NCBI GenBank assembly: GCA_950097015.1
Contig: CATNEN010000001.1
Coordinates: 4,402,001-4,466,000 of the forward strand
DNA length: 64,000 nt
Direction of reading: 5' to 3'
DNA from: Macrostomum hystrix
Lineage: Eukaryota; Animalia; Platyhelminthes
Numbering within the stretch: position 1 is the stretch's first letter; every line of letters starts with the position of its first letter. Shown here piece after piece: positions 46,635 through 59,342 of this stretch. The position numbers and the translations under genes were made by a program. The notes beneath the pieces are model-generated. The model searched no databases. It had not been told where the DNA came from and saw only the letters and a list, made by a program, of their open reading frames with translations.

Positions 46635-46936
46635 GGAGGTTGTAGTCTAGTGGTTAGAGCGTCGGATTCACGACTGAAAGGTCGGGGGTTCGATTCCCGA
46701 CTCCACTGGAACAATTTGTGTCCTTTAGTAAGACACTTAACTCTGCGTTGCTTCAGTTCACCCAGCTATTAAATGGGTACCAGCATTGGCTGGGGTAATT
46801 GAGGGTGGGTGTGGCGTCCGCCCAGTCCGTGGACTGAACAGCCGTACGCAGCCTTCAGATGCGCCTCGCAATAGCTGCGGCTGTGCTGTCGGCTGCACAT
46901 TTAGCCCGATTGGGGCAGGCGTAATCAATTATTATA
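46635..46936 (+). mobile_element. SINE family B, near full length
   Basis: tRNA-like head GGAGGTTGTAGTCTAGTGGTTAGAGCG...GGTTCGATTCCCGACTCCA, CORE-like domain, (att) tail. Confidence 0.9.
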
Positions 46937-48030
46937 AAATGTCACTCATGTCTTAAATAAATAATCCCAAAGAGTTTTCCTGAAAACTTGTGTAGTTTTC
47001 TGTCAATGCGACGAATTTCATATTTCATATTTCATATTTCATATTTTCTGTAAAATAATAGTAACATGCGTACAGTATGTAGAAATTTGCACTCAAAATA
47101 TAACTTACTTTACTTTTGATATAACTTATCTGTTGTCCTTCTTGTGGCTGAAAATCAGCAACTTTGTTATATTTCGAGGTTGGCGACTCACTACTGTTCA
47201 TGCCGGTTAGTAGTGTAATGCGCGTCTGAATTTAGAAATGTAATACTTAGTTCTTAATGTATTAGAGAAACTGTTATATGGGCTTTATCTTAACTGCTTG
47301 GGTCCTTTAGACCTGAACTTAAGTGGCCTCCATCATAAATTTAAAGACTAAATGCTTCTCAGAAATGAAGACTATTGAGCAAGACTTAATTATTAATGGC
47401 AAAGTGCTGAGCTGAAAATTCTACGAGAAATGGCCACTGATTTGGACTGAAAACCCCTTCTCTCCCAGCCTTAAAATTCTCCTTCTTATAGATGGCTTTT
47501 TATACTGTGGGATTCCGGGTCATTTTCGGCAACCACTCGACTTCACTGCTGAAGTAAGTCACTCTATCTAATAACCGGAGCCATTTGCCATCGAGTCACT
47601 GAGCTTGAGTAGAGTGTGGCCTGTAGGCTGCTTGAGTTTGTTAATTCAATAATTCTATTCGAATTCTGTACTTGAAGTAGCGATAATAAAATCATGATAT
47701 TCGGATTTGTGCCGTATTACAACACAGTTGTGAGGCTGTGAGACAACTGACCTTATTGCTCGTATATTAATTTTTTAATTTTAACTAAAATTATATCATA
47801 TAGGCAAAAAATGCATGTACTTTAAATTGAATAGTCTAAATGACGTTGTCATTGAAATATTACTATTTAAAATCCTTTCAAGCTAAAACATATTACGAGT
47901 ACATGAAGCATTTTTAAGTCGATACTGTATTCGTTTCGTAAATTTTTAATTGGAAAGAATGAGTTGCTGTGCAAGAAGTACAAAAACAAGGACTATCGTT
48001 CACGTCTAAAAAATTTAACTATTTGCAGAA

Positions 48031-48300
48031 GTCAGTCAGTCAGTCAGTCAGTCAGTCAGTCAGTCAGTCAGTCAGTCAGTCAGTCAGTCAGTCAGTCAGT
48101 CAGTCAGTCAGTCAGTCAGTCAGTCAGTCAGTCAGTCAGTCAGTCAGTCAGTCAGTCAGTCAGTCAGTCAGTCAGTCAGTCAGTCAGTCAGTCAGTCAGT
48201 CAGTCAGTCAGTCAGTCAGTCAGTCAGTCAGTCAGTCAGTCAGTCAGTCAGTCAGTCAGTCAGTCAGTCAGTCAGTCAGTCAGTCAGTCAGTCAGTCAGT
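48031..48300. repeat. Perfect (GTCA)n microsatellite, about 67 units
   Basis: Direct inspection; overlaps the stop codon of the Cys-loop gene. Confidence 0.98.
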
Positions 48301-51300
48301 GGTTAGGCAGTCGGCAGTCGGCCATCTCGGAGGGATCATAGTGATCTAAAGCTACCGGATGCGACCTTGGAATCAGCAGCAGCACGGCTATTAGGATAGC
48401 CATTGTGTAGAGGGTGAAGAACGCCCTGTCCAATACTATCGCCATTGCGCGCCACTCCATGGCAATAAGATTTCTCTTCTCTTTGTCCCGCAGGCGGCCT
48501 AGATACAGTCTCAGGTATCGTTTCACTTCGTGCACCTCGCGTTCCAGAGGCCCACCAGGGCGCGACAGAATTGGCGAATCATCTGGCGTTGCTGACAAAG
48601 CCGACAATGCTTCCTCCACCGTGGCCGGTGGTCGCTGATGGCAGACACCTTCTGGTAGTTCGCCGACGCTATTGTCAAATTTGTTGTGCTTCAGCCGGGG
48701 CAGCCGGGAAGGTCGGGCTCCAGACACGGTGGTCAACAGGTGTTGAGGCACAGCGTCTAACTCTTCGCACTGCTGCGGTGGCAGCGGTACCGACTGCCGG
48801 ACAAGGAACAACCGACCAAGACCCTCTACGATCAGTCGTCTAAGTAGCGGATTTAGGCGACCTTGGCGTTCGGCTCGAAAGTACAGATTGAGCACGATTG
48901 TAGCCAGGAAGGTGCTCAAAGTGATGAGTATCATGTTCAGACAGTAGAAGTAGCCAATCAAAGGAAATGTGCGAACAGCGCTTGGTGTAGTTTCGGCTAG
49001 CAGAAGCAATAGGATGAAGAAAGCGACAAAGATGTTCATCCCGAGCTGGGTTTTAGCTGGCGATTCTGGCGGCAGCCAGAAGATTACCCAGGTGAGGCAG
49101 GACAGCAGGATGCAGGGCAGAACTAGGATGGACAGGTAGAACGCCGGGTTGCGGTGCATGCGGATTTTGTACTCCAACTTTTTGTAGGTCCGATTGTACA
49201 AACGACCACTCGGATCCTGATAGGTAACATTCGTGCAGCGAATCTGAGAACGAATTTGTCGATTCCTCAGCGAAGGTCGCACTCTGAATTCGTCCTGACC
49301 GTCGGAGTACCACTCGTTGCTCTTGATGTAGTTGGTAAAGTCCACGTAGGGATTCGGTTCGTACTTGAAAGGCTCGTACTGTGGATGGAAAATCAGGAAT
49401 AGAAAAGCTGAGTATTAACAGAAGAGAGCAAGGAACAAAATCAAGTAGTAAACTAAAACAACTGACTTGGGAATGAAACTCAACACCCAGTATAATTGCA
49501 GTCGATTGAATTCTTTCCACGATGCTGAATGCCTCGACGGGTGCAACAACAACGGGCAGTTGCATACCAATGCCTCGCATTTCAATCCGATAGAGAGAGT
49601 CAGACCATCGGAAAGTGATTAATTTATAAATTATTTACGACCTCGACCTTGCCCACAATAATACACACACACATACACACCCCTTGATAAAGCTCATTTT
49701 CATTCACATAAGCAAAGTGAGAGGAATGTGGATCGTCAGTAGACAGGATCGGCATTCTGAATGCCGCGGCTTCTGCTCTTCGTCTCTAGAGCTTTTTTGT
49801 AGGGAAGCATGAACTGTTCTCACAGAGACGCATGAACTGTAGTTGCTGCTGTAGCTGCTGCTGTTGCTTGCCGGTGTGACTGCAAAGCATGCAGTTCCCT
49901 GCCAGAGCTACCCCCATGGGAAAATTAACGGAATAGAAAATTGCCTCCCGTTTTTTGACTGCTTCAAGAGCACGAGACAGTTTTATGCTGCGTACATCGT
50001 GTGTCATGTGGTGCAGATTCGTACACGACTTACACCGCTCTGTTATTTAAAATACTAAAGCTTATAAGCAACTTGAATGTATTTAAAAAATAACATTTAA
50101 GCTGGTAGCAACCATTATTTAATACCCAGCTGTGGTGTTTCCCTTTAAATGTCATCACTTTAAAGGCACATAAAAATACGCCGAAGCCAAAATACACAGG
50201 TTTTTTTCATTTCTAAAAGCAATATTGACGCAAATATGGCTTCACAAGTATCCAGAGCCAAAGTTAAGTGCTATACACGTGGCAGTATTACAGGCGAGCA
50301 TGAGGTCGTTGTTTCCACACTACCTCGCTAGCCGCATGTTCTCTGTTAGTTTAGAAACATATTTTTCCCGTTTTTTGAAATTTTAACCTATTGGCATTGT
50401 AAAATAAGGCACGCGAGCCCTTCGTCTTTTTCCTAACATTTCTTCCCAAAATGGGCAATGTTTCCCAGGCTTCAAATGACAGGTTTATTGAAGAGAAAAT
50501 CTTGCGAAGGAAAATACGAGACTTTTGGAACGTTCTTAAACTTAAATTTGTTTCCTGTTGGAATAATATTAAATGCAAAATCAGTGGAATATCAATTGGA
50601 CTACCCATTCTACAAGAAAACATAGTTATTAGAAGTCATAATAGCTTTTAGAGATGACCACAATCAGTTGGAAATTAATCTCGGTCATTTGGTCGATTCT
50701 TTGTCATTTGGACATTAGCAACAATTATTTGAGCAATTCATTAAGCTTCATTAATAATATGGATAATTCTTGTTCACTTCTTTATTAACCTCAGTGTTGG
50801 GCAACCTTCCGGCACTTCCGGCACTTTTTGTGCCGGAAGTTACTGTTTTTTAAAGCGGCACTTTTTTCCGGTTCTTTTTTTTGTAGTGCCGGACTAGGGT
50901 ATCGGAAGTTACTTTTTGTTAAGTCCGGTACTTCCGGCACTTTTTTAAATGCAGAGAAAAAAAGAGAAAGAAAGTAAAGAAAACATACAAATTGAAAGAA
51001 TTTTCATATCATCAGTTCATAATGTCGTAAGAAATGCCGAGAAATTTCGAATTTTATTTAGTTGGTGAATTTTAACAACTTTTTGGTTCTTTAAAAAATT
51101 AAATTTTTAATTCGAGCAGAGCGAGCACCTCTTGCCGACGCGACACTAAACCGCCTTGTACTACTTCGCGGCAACAGGCATTTGATGTGAATTGTGACAA
51201 CATGACTGTCTATATCTAGCTTTTACACTAGTGCTAAAGCTTTCAAGTTTAAATTACGGGGGTTCCTTTTAAGAAGCATGCAAACTTTTTTTCTCAGCTG

Positions 51301-54300
51301 TTAACCTAGGCTAAATTGTCTAAATGTCAAAGTAGTTTTTTCAGGGCTTAAAAGGTTATTGAATTAATAAAGGTAATTATCAGCAGGGCAGCAGCGCCAC
51401 TAGAGCTACTCTTTCCACTTTTTTAGAGTTGTCACTTTATGTCATTAGTTTGTAAGACTTGTGTTGTTAGTTATTCAGTGGTGTGATTGAGGCGCGAATA
51501 TGCGATTTCTGAGGGCAGGCTCGAATTATCGTCAAACAGAGGCGCGATTTTTCAATTTTCGAATTTTCATTTTTTACTGATCACGTTTAGTCTATTTGCG
51601 CACGCTTTATTCAAATTTAAACTTAATGTAATGTTATGGTGTAAAATACATGCAAATCTAATTATTTTTCAGCTTTTTTAGTTGCGCAGGCCAAACTTTT
51701 GAGTGGTAATTGGTAAAGTTCTGCCACAGCAAGGATTGAACCTTAGTGCTGGAAAAAGAAGCAAAAACCATAAAAATATAGGTTTTCAGAAATTAATTTT
51801 TCGTTTTCAATAATTTCATTTAATCATTTTCCACTTGGTTTTACTCTAGACAAGTTGGCAGTTGCAAAGGCATGTTATTATTGGTTTTTTAATAATAAAA
51901 ACATAATTAAGCCCTTCTTTAACACGCGATTTTTCAAAAGTAGAAAGTACCGATGCCGAAGAACCGGAAGTTACTTTTATTTTCGAGTGCCGGTACCGGA
52001 ACTACTACCGGAAGTTACTTTCTTTAGAACCGGAAGTTACTTGACCGGAAGTTACTTTTTTAAAGTAACTTGCCCAACACTGCCTGGCTGATTCAGACAT
52101 GAACATCTGAAATTTAGACATTTGTTTAACTATTGTCGGATGGCTTAAAATTAACAGACTTAAGAGTAAATAATTTGTAAAAACGAATAGTAAAAAATTC
52201 TAATCTGAGTTCGTGGAAACCATAAAATTTTTCCATTTTTGTTAACTTAACAGTAGAACTACCAAGGGGGGAATTCCCCCCCCCTTGACAATTCTTTTTG
52301 CTGCACCCGAACGGAACAATGCAAGCACACAAAACTCAAGAACACGGGACTTTTTGTTGCGCATCTTCTGAAACAAGAAACAAGTCGCCAGCTCTTCAGA
52401 CCGTCGAGATATTCAATGTTTCTGGCCGAAGGTCCGATTTTTCCCATAAGAGCTAGTTTATTTCATACAGCCCTATACACGAATTTGCACTGCGCCTCAG
52501 TGCGGCCTTTCCAGACCTTCAAACTTTATCAGCACGTCACCCGAATGTTCCTGCATCATCCCCAATGTCGAGGCTTGATCAGTGAAAGTAGAGAAATTCG
52601 CTTTAGGGACTCCATGGTCGGCTGGTGCCACTTGTTGAAGGTCCAGCAGCTCCGTCTAGATAAAGGTCGGTGACCGCCGAAGTCGGAGATGATGCAGGCA
52701 CATTCGGGTGACAAGTTGATCAATTTTGAAGGCCTGGCAAGGCCGTACTAAGGCGCAGTGCGAATTCGTGTATAGGGGTGTATGAAATAAACTAGCTCTT
52801 ATGGGAAAAATCGGACCTTCGGCCAGAAACATTGAATATCTCGACGGTCTGAAGAGCTGGCGACTTGTTTCTTGTTTCAGAAGATGCGCAACAAAAAGTT
52901 GGCCCGTGTTCTTGAGTTTCGTGTGCTTGCATTGTTCCGTTCGGGTGCAGCAAAAAATTGTTAAGGGGGGGAATTTCCCCCCCATGGGTATAAAAAACGT
53001 GCGGCAAAATGGCTTGGTAGTCCTACTGTTAAAGACACTGACCTATTTTTAATCTGGAATTGAAAAAATGCAATTTCCCGTGACAATATTTCTAGGAAAC
53101 GTTCCTTCCCTTGGCGAGAAGAAATCGATTTCTGTTGGCTGATAAGATAATCGTCAAATCGGCAGTTACATGCAAGGTTCGTGACGGTTGTAGAGCGCTA
53201 CGGGATATCTGCGGCTAGTTTCTATGATATTTTATTCACAAATTATTTTTTAAATACCAAGTCGACTTTATAAAAGCAACGTATACCCCTTTTTTACAAG
53301 CGGTCGTTTCAATCTCAGATTTTAATCTGTCGGATTAATTGGCTGCTGGCTTCTAGTGTACATTTGTATACCTGCCTCACAAACTGTACCTTTCTATCCG
53401 TCTACCCCATACTCACCCTTAAGTCCTATCGAGTTTTGCTTTTACATCTAACTTACTCTACCTTTGAGTCTACCTCTCATTTAAATTCTACCGCTCAATC
53501 TTAGGTCTACCTCTCAATCTACATTTCAGGTCTACCTCTCGATCTACCTTTGAGTCTACCTCTCAATCTACCTTTGAGTCAACCTCTCAATCTACCTTTA
53601 AGTCTACCTCTCAATCTACGTTTAAGTCTACCGCTCAATCTTAGGTCTACCTCTCAATCTACATTTCAGGTCTACCTCTCGATCTACCTTTGAGTCTACC
53701 TCTCAATCTACCTTTGAGTCTACCTCTCAATCTACCTTTAAGTCTACCTCTCAATCTACGTTTAAGTCTACCGCTCAATCTACGTTTAAGTCTACCGCTC
53801 AATCTTAGGTCTACCTCTCAATCTACATTTTAGGTCTACCTCTCAATCTACATTTTAGGTCTACCTCTCAATCTACATTTTAGGTCTACCTCTCAATCTA
53901 CATTTTAGGTCTACCTCTCAATCTACCTTTGAGTCTAACTCTCAATCTAGTAGTAGACTCAAAGGTATTGAGAAGTAATGATTGAGAAGGATTAAGTCTA
54001 AGTCTAAGTCTTAGTCTACCTCTTACATCTACCTCTTAAGTCTACCTCTCAATCTACCTTTAAGTCTACCTCTCAATCTACCTTTAAGTCTACCTCTCAA
54101 TCTACCTTTAAGTCTACCTCTCAATCTACCTTTAAGTCTACTCTCTTTCTCCCTACACTACCGGTTAATCCAGAAAGTTAAAAATCTGCTTTGCCAAGGA
54201 AGAGTGTTACATCTGAGAAACAGGCAATTATTCAACGTGTAACAACTCAGTCAAGCCAACAGTTTTTTATCTTGTACCAAAATATCCTGACTAGAAAATG

Positions 54301-56025
54301 TGACTTGACTAGCAATTAGACGTTGAAAACATGAGCGTTCATTGCGCAGCAGTCAGAAAGTCTTCAATCTTGTCTACGGCATGTTAATTAGTAGCTATGG
54401 TTTTCTGCTTGTATTTCAGAAGGCACATTATGCAGATTCCTGCAGTCTCAATTCATTAAGAGCTTGCAACAAGCATTGCTTACTGTCTGCTTTGGCAGAA
54501 TTTGAATCATGTATTTTAATTAAAATATTAGTTTTCCTATCAGGCTGACAATCCCATGAGAAATCTGTTAAGTTTAATAAAAATTAATCTTCATCGTTAA
54601 TAGAAGTCAGCTTCAGCAGTGTTTCTTGTTTTAGCAGTTTTAACTGTTATCCTACAGATCTTGAGATCATTTGAGAATATGTGAGATGATTTGAGAGTAT
54701 GTGAGATGATTTGAGAGAATGTGAGATGATTTGAGAGAATGTGAGATGATTTGAGAGTATGTGAGATGATTTGAGAGAATGTGAGATGATTTGAGAGAAT
54801 GTGAGATGATTTGAGAGTATGTGAGATGATTTGAGAGTATGTGAGATTATTTGAGAGAATGTGAGATGATTTGAGAGAATGTGAGATGATTTGAGAGAAT
54901 GTGAGATGATTTGAGAGAATGTGAGATGATTTGAGAGAATGTGAGATGATTTGAGAGTATGTGAGATGATTTGAGAGTATGTGAGATGATTTGAGAGTAT
55001 GTGAGATGATTTGAGAGTATGTGAGATGATTTGAGAGAATGTGAGATGATTTGAGAGAATGTGAGATGATTTGAGAGAATGTGAGATGATTTGAGAGTAT
55101 GTGAAATGATTTGAGAGAATGTGAGATGATTTGAGAGTATGTGAGATGATTTGAGAGAATGTGAGATGATTTGAGAGTATGTGAGATGATTTGAGAGTAT
55201 GTGAGATGATTTGAGAGTATGTGAGATGATTTGAGAGTATGTGAGATGATTTGAGAGTATGTGAGATGATTTGAGAGTATGTGAGATGATTTGAGAGTAT
55301 GTGAGATGATTTGAGAGAATGTGAGATGAGTAGGAGTTTTAGAAAATGATTCTCACCTCGAAGCCGAACCAGGTGAGGTTGAGTTGTGTTATGTCGTAAG
55401 TCCAGGAACCGAACTCCAGATAGCACACTTGGGTGTCGAACGGAAAGTATTGAATTTCCACCGGGCAGGTGCTTTTAAACAGACTCTGCGGAATCCACAG
55501 GACGGTGCCATCTGAGTAAACCACCACCCGCGCCATGCGCTTCTCCAGGAGTCTCTCGTCGGCGAAATTGTGCAATCGAATGTCCGGAGTCCAAACCTCG
55601 TAGGGAAACAGTCGTACCTGAGTGATGTTCTCAAACTCGCCATCGGCAAGCCAGGACTCCCAGTTGAGTAGAGGATCTTTCCAGGTGTACCTCAGCCAAC
55701 AATTGGTGCGCAGCATTTGACGATTCTCGTCTAGATCAAGGATCTGGATGATCGCCAGACCGAATTCTATCGTGATCTGGTCTGTGCTGTTGATCACTGG
55801 CCTGCCCAGCAATCCGAAATCCTGGTAACGATGCACCAAGCGTTGAATTAGGGTCTTCTCGCGAGACTTGTTTGCCGCGGCCCTGAAACTGCTCAATCTT
55901 TGATAATCATGGTGATGATCTTGCAGGTGCTGCTGCTGCTGTTGCTGCTGCTGTTCCGAGTTGCTAACTAGTAAGCCGAATAGCAGAAACGATTGCCAAG
56001 TTGCGTACAATAGTGTGCTAATCAT
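48296..56025 (-). CDS. Cys-loop ligand-gated ion channel, nicotinic acetylcholine receptor-like non-alpha subunit with anion-type pore (ACC-like), about 583 aa
   Basis: Exons 56025-55357 and 49378-48296, phase 0. Signal peptide, GRPV, WTPDI, Cys-loop CPVEIQYFPFDTQVC, FGSWTYD, M1-M4, M2 LPPESPAKTQLGMNIFVAFF, EWRAMAIVLDR. No vicinal CC in loop C. Confidence 0.95.
50792..52082. mobile_element. Non-autonomous DNA transposon, hAT-like (about 1.3 kb)
   Basis: 13-bp TIR CAGTGTTGGGCAA / TTGCCCAACACTG with clustered subterminal CCGGAAGTTACT and CCGGCAC repeats at both ends; no clean 8-bp TSD. Confidence 0.75.
52251..53028. mobile_element. Foldback MITE with arms of about 320 bp and TTAA target duplication (piggyBac-like)
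   Basis: TTAA|CAGTAGAACTACCAA ... TTGGTAGTCCTACTG|TTAA; arms at about 52251-52570 and 52678-53028 are long inverted copies. Confidence 0.88.
53455..54140. repeat. Minisatellite with a unit of about 24 bp (AGTCTACCTCTCAATCTACCTTTA)
   Basis: Degenerate tandem array with a short inverted segment near 53950-53990. Confidence 0.92.
54661..55329. repeat. 20-bp minisatellite (GTGAGATGATTTGAGAGWAT), about 33 copies
   Basis: Direct inspection; lies in the Cys-loop gene intron about 27 nt from the donor. Confidence 0.97.
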
Positions 56026-56396
56026 TTTCTTATCAATAGGCGCCTAATATATAATGTATTGGTTCCTGCAGAATCCAGTTGATATACTGCTGGGTTCTCA
56101 TAATCATCTTCTTCGATAAAAAAGTTCTCTTATCATGCTCGAATTGAGTCTTATGATATTGCCCCTCGGGTTGACTAAATAGGGTTGGTAAATAATGTTT
56201 TTCTGCAGCGAGAACAAATCTGACAATTCTCCTCTAATAGCCCAAGTCGATGCTGTAGGGCCATACATGTATGCGTGAGCCTCATCGACCAATCAGCTGA
56301 ACTAAGCCGATAATGCTAGGCCTCCCTTTTAATCTCTCCTCCTATTGGATTGAGTTTCAGGGCTTTCTAAAATACTTGTATTTCTTGTTAGAGAAC

Positions 56397-57420
56397 AGTG
56401 ATTGGATGGGTGAGTGATTGGATGGGTGAGTGAGTGGGTGAGTGAGTAAGTGAGTGAGTGAGTTAGTGGGTGAGTGAGTGAGTGAGTGAGTGAGTGGGTG
56501 AGTGAGTGAGTGTGTGAGTGAGTGAGTGAGTGAGTGAGTGAGTAAGTGAGTGTGTGAGTGAGTGAGTGGGTGAGTGAGTGAGTGAGTGAGTGAGTGAGTG
56601 AGTAAGTGAGTGTGTGAGTGAGTGAGTGGGTGAGTGAGTGAGTGAGTGAGTGAGTGAGTGAGTGAGTGAGTGAGTGAGTAAGTGAGTGAGTGAGTGGGTG
56701 AGTGAGTGAGTGAGTGAGTGAGTGAGTGAGTGAGTGAGTGAGTGAGTGGGTGAGTGAGTAAGTGAGTGAGTGAGTGAGTGAGTGGGTGAGTGAGTGAGTG
56801 AGTGAGTGAGTGAGTGAGTGAGTGAGTGAGTGAGTGAGTGGGTGAGTGAGTAAGTGAGTGAGTGAGTGAGTGAGTGGGTGAGTGAGTAAGTGAGTGAGTG
56901 AGTGAGTGAGTGAGTGAGTGAGTAAGTGAGTGAGTGAGTGAGTGAGTGAGTGAGTGGGTGAGTGAGTAAGTGAGTGAGTGAGTGAGTGAGTGAGTGAGTG
57001 AGTGAGTGAGTGAGTGAGTGAGTGAGTGAGTGGGTGAGTGAGTGAGTGAGTGAGTGAGTGAGTGAGTGAGTGAGTGAGTGGGTGAGTGAGTGAGTGGGTG
57101 AGTGAGTGAGTGAGTGAGTGAGTGAGTGAGTGAGTGAGTGAGTGAGTGAGTGAGTGTGTGAGTGAGTGAGTGAGTGAGTGGGTGAGTGAATTAGTGAGTA
57201 AGTGAGTGAGTGAGTAAGTGAGTGAGTAAGTGAGTGTGTGAGTGAGTGAGTGAGTGAGTGAGTGAGTGAGTGAGTGAGTGAGTGAGTGGGTGAGTGAGTG
57301 AGTGTGTGAGTGAGTGAGTGAGTGAGTGAGTGAGTGAGTGAGTGAGTGGGTGAGTGACTAAGTGACAGATGAATTGAGCGAGTGACAGATAAAGTTAGTT
57401 AAAGATGAAGTAAGTGAGTG
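56397..57420. repeat. (GAGT)n microsatellite, about 1 kb, imperfect
   Basis: Direct inspection. Confidence 0.97.
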
Positions 57421-58317
57421 ACAGATGAATCCAGCGAGTGACAGATGACGTGTAAGACTCGGAGAGGCAAGAAATGATAAGTACTTTTAGAAATCTAGTT
57501 TTACTCTTAATCTGCAACAATAATCAAACACTTGCTTATCTGCTGTGGTCGAGTCGACAAATTAATAAGGCATCTAAATGCAAAATAGCAGACGTTCATA
57601 CTGAGTTTTAATGACCTGTCATTTCAATCAAGCATTTATAGCTATAGGATAGGATTTTTAACAGACTTGTTGTCACGTTCACTAATCATTTATTTAGCAA
57701 GACAGATTGCGTTTGCATAAATTTGTAATCAGTTTGGAGATGTTTTAAGCTTGGGTCCGATGTTATTTAATCCATATAAAAGCACATGCGTCTGACAATC
57801 GCTACTTAAAGTAGACGTTTGAAGAAAACTAAGTAGGAAATTGAGAAAAACAAATTAGTAAAATCGACTTTTACAGAAAAAAGTAGCATTATACTAAATA
57901 AAACACAGGAAATGCTTTGCTTACTCAAGAAATGTAACTACTTGGCTATTTGAACTGAGAAGCTTAGGAAAATTAGCAAAAACAACTATTTAATTGTTTA
58001 ACAAACTTACGTTAGAATTCACAAGACAAGCAAATAAACAAAAACTTGCCTTATTTAAACCGCCTCTTCATTGACACAGTCACAAATGATGTAACTTGAA
58101 AAAGTAAAAATTTGGAATGTAGAGTGATGTTTAATATTTTTATTGTTGTTAAGCGGGCAATGATCAAACATAGAAATTATGTACAAACTCAAATAATATC
58201 AATTGTAGTTATTTATTTATTTACATTTTGCATTACAGGGTTTTAATTATGTTTGTGCGTACGTACTAAAAGCTCTGTGTAATGTGGGAATCACCTCACT
58301 TCGGGAATGTTCAGACA

Positions 58318-59342
58318 TGGGAGAGATGAGACACGGGAGAGATGAGACACGGGAGAGATGAGACACGGGAGAGATGAGACACGGGAGAGATGAGACACGG
58401 GAGAGATGAGACACGGGAGAGATGAGACACGGGAGAGATGAGACACGGGAGAGATGAGACACGGGAGAGATGAGACACGGGAGAGATGAGACACGGGAGA
58501 GATGAGACACGGGAGAGATGAGACACGGGAGAGATGAGACACGGGAGAGATGAGACACGGGAGAGATGAGACACGGGAGAGATGAGACACGGGAGAGATG
58601 AGACACGGGAGAAATGAGACACGGGAGAGATGAGACACGGGAGAGATGAGACACGGGAGAGATGAGACACGGGAGAGATGAGACACGGGAGAGATGAGAC
58701 ACGGGAGAGATGAGACACGGGAGAGATGAGACACGGGAGAGATCAGACACGGGAGAAATGAGACACGGGAGAGATGAGACACGGGAGAGATCAGACACGG
58801 GAGAGATGAGATACGGGAGAAATGAGACACGGGAGAGATGAGACACAGGAGAGATCAGACACGGGAGAGATGAGATACGGGAGAGTTGAGACACGGGAGA
58901 GATCAGACACGGGAGAGATCAGACACGGGAGAGATCAGACACGGGAGAGATGAGACACGGGAGAGATCAGACACGGGAGAGATCAGACACGGGAGAGATG
59001 AGACACGGGAGAGATCAGACACGGGAGAGATGAGACACGGGAGAGATCAGACACGGGAGAGATGAGACACGGGAGAGATCAGACACGGGAGAGTTGAGAC
59101 ACGGGAGAGTTAAGACACGGGAGAAATGAGACACGGGAGAGATGAGATACGGGAGAAATGAGACACGGGAGAGATCAGACACGGGAGAAATGAGACACGG
59201 GAGAGATCAGACACGGGAGAAATGAGACACGGGAGAGATGAGACACGGGAGAGATGAGATACGGGAGAAATGAGACACGGGAGAGATGAGACACGGGAGA
59301 GATGAGACACGGGAGAGATAAGACACGGGAGAGTTGAGACAG
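58318..59342. repeat. 16-bp minisatellite (GAGAGATGAGACACGG), about 64 copies
   Basis: Direct inspection. Confidence 0.97.

Noticed and set aside
46635-46706. Possible tRNA gene with a CAC anticodon-like loop
   Set aside because: The acceptor and anticodon stems pair poorly, and the sequence continues into a multi-copy SINE body.
47964-48349. ORFs with SQSV repeats
   Set aside because: Translation of the (GTCA)n microsatellite.
52259-53052. Paired near-identical small ORFs on opposite strands
   Set aside because: A by-product of the foldback element arms; no transposase motifs.
54647-55426. 259-aa repetitive ORF
   Set aside because: Translation of the 20-bp intronic minisatellite.
58247-59310. 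SHLSRVSSLPCLISPV-repeat ORFs
   Set aside because: The 16-bp minisatellite is open in all frames on one strand, and there is no coding signal.
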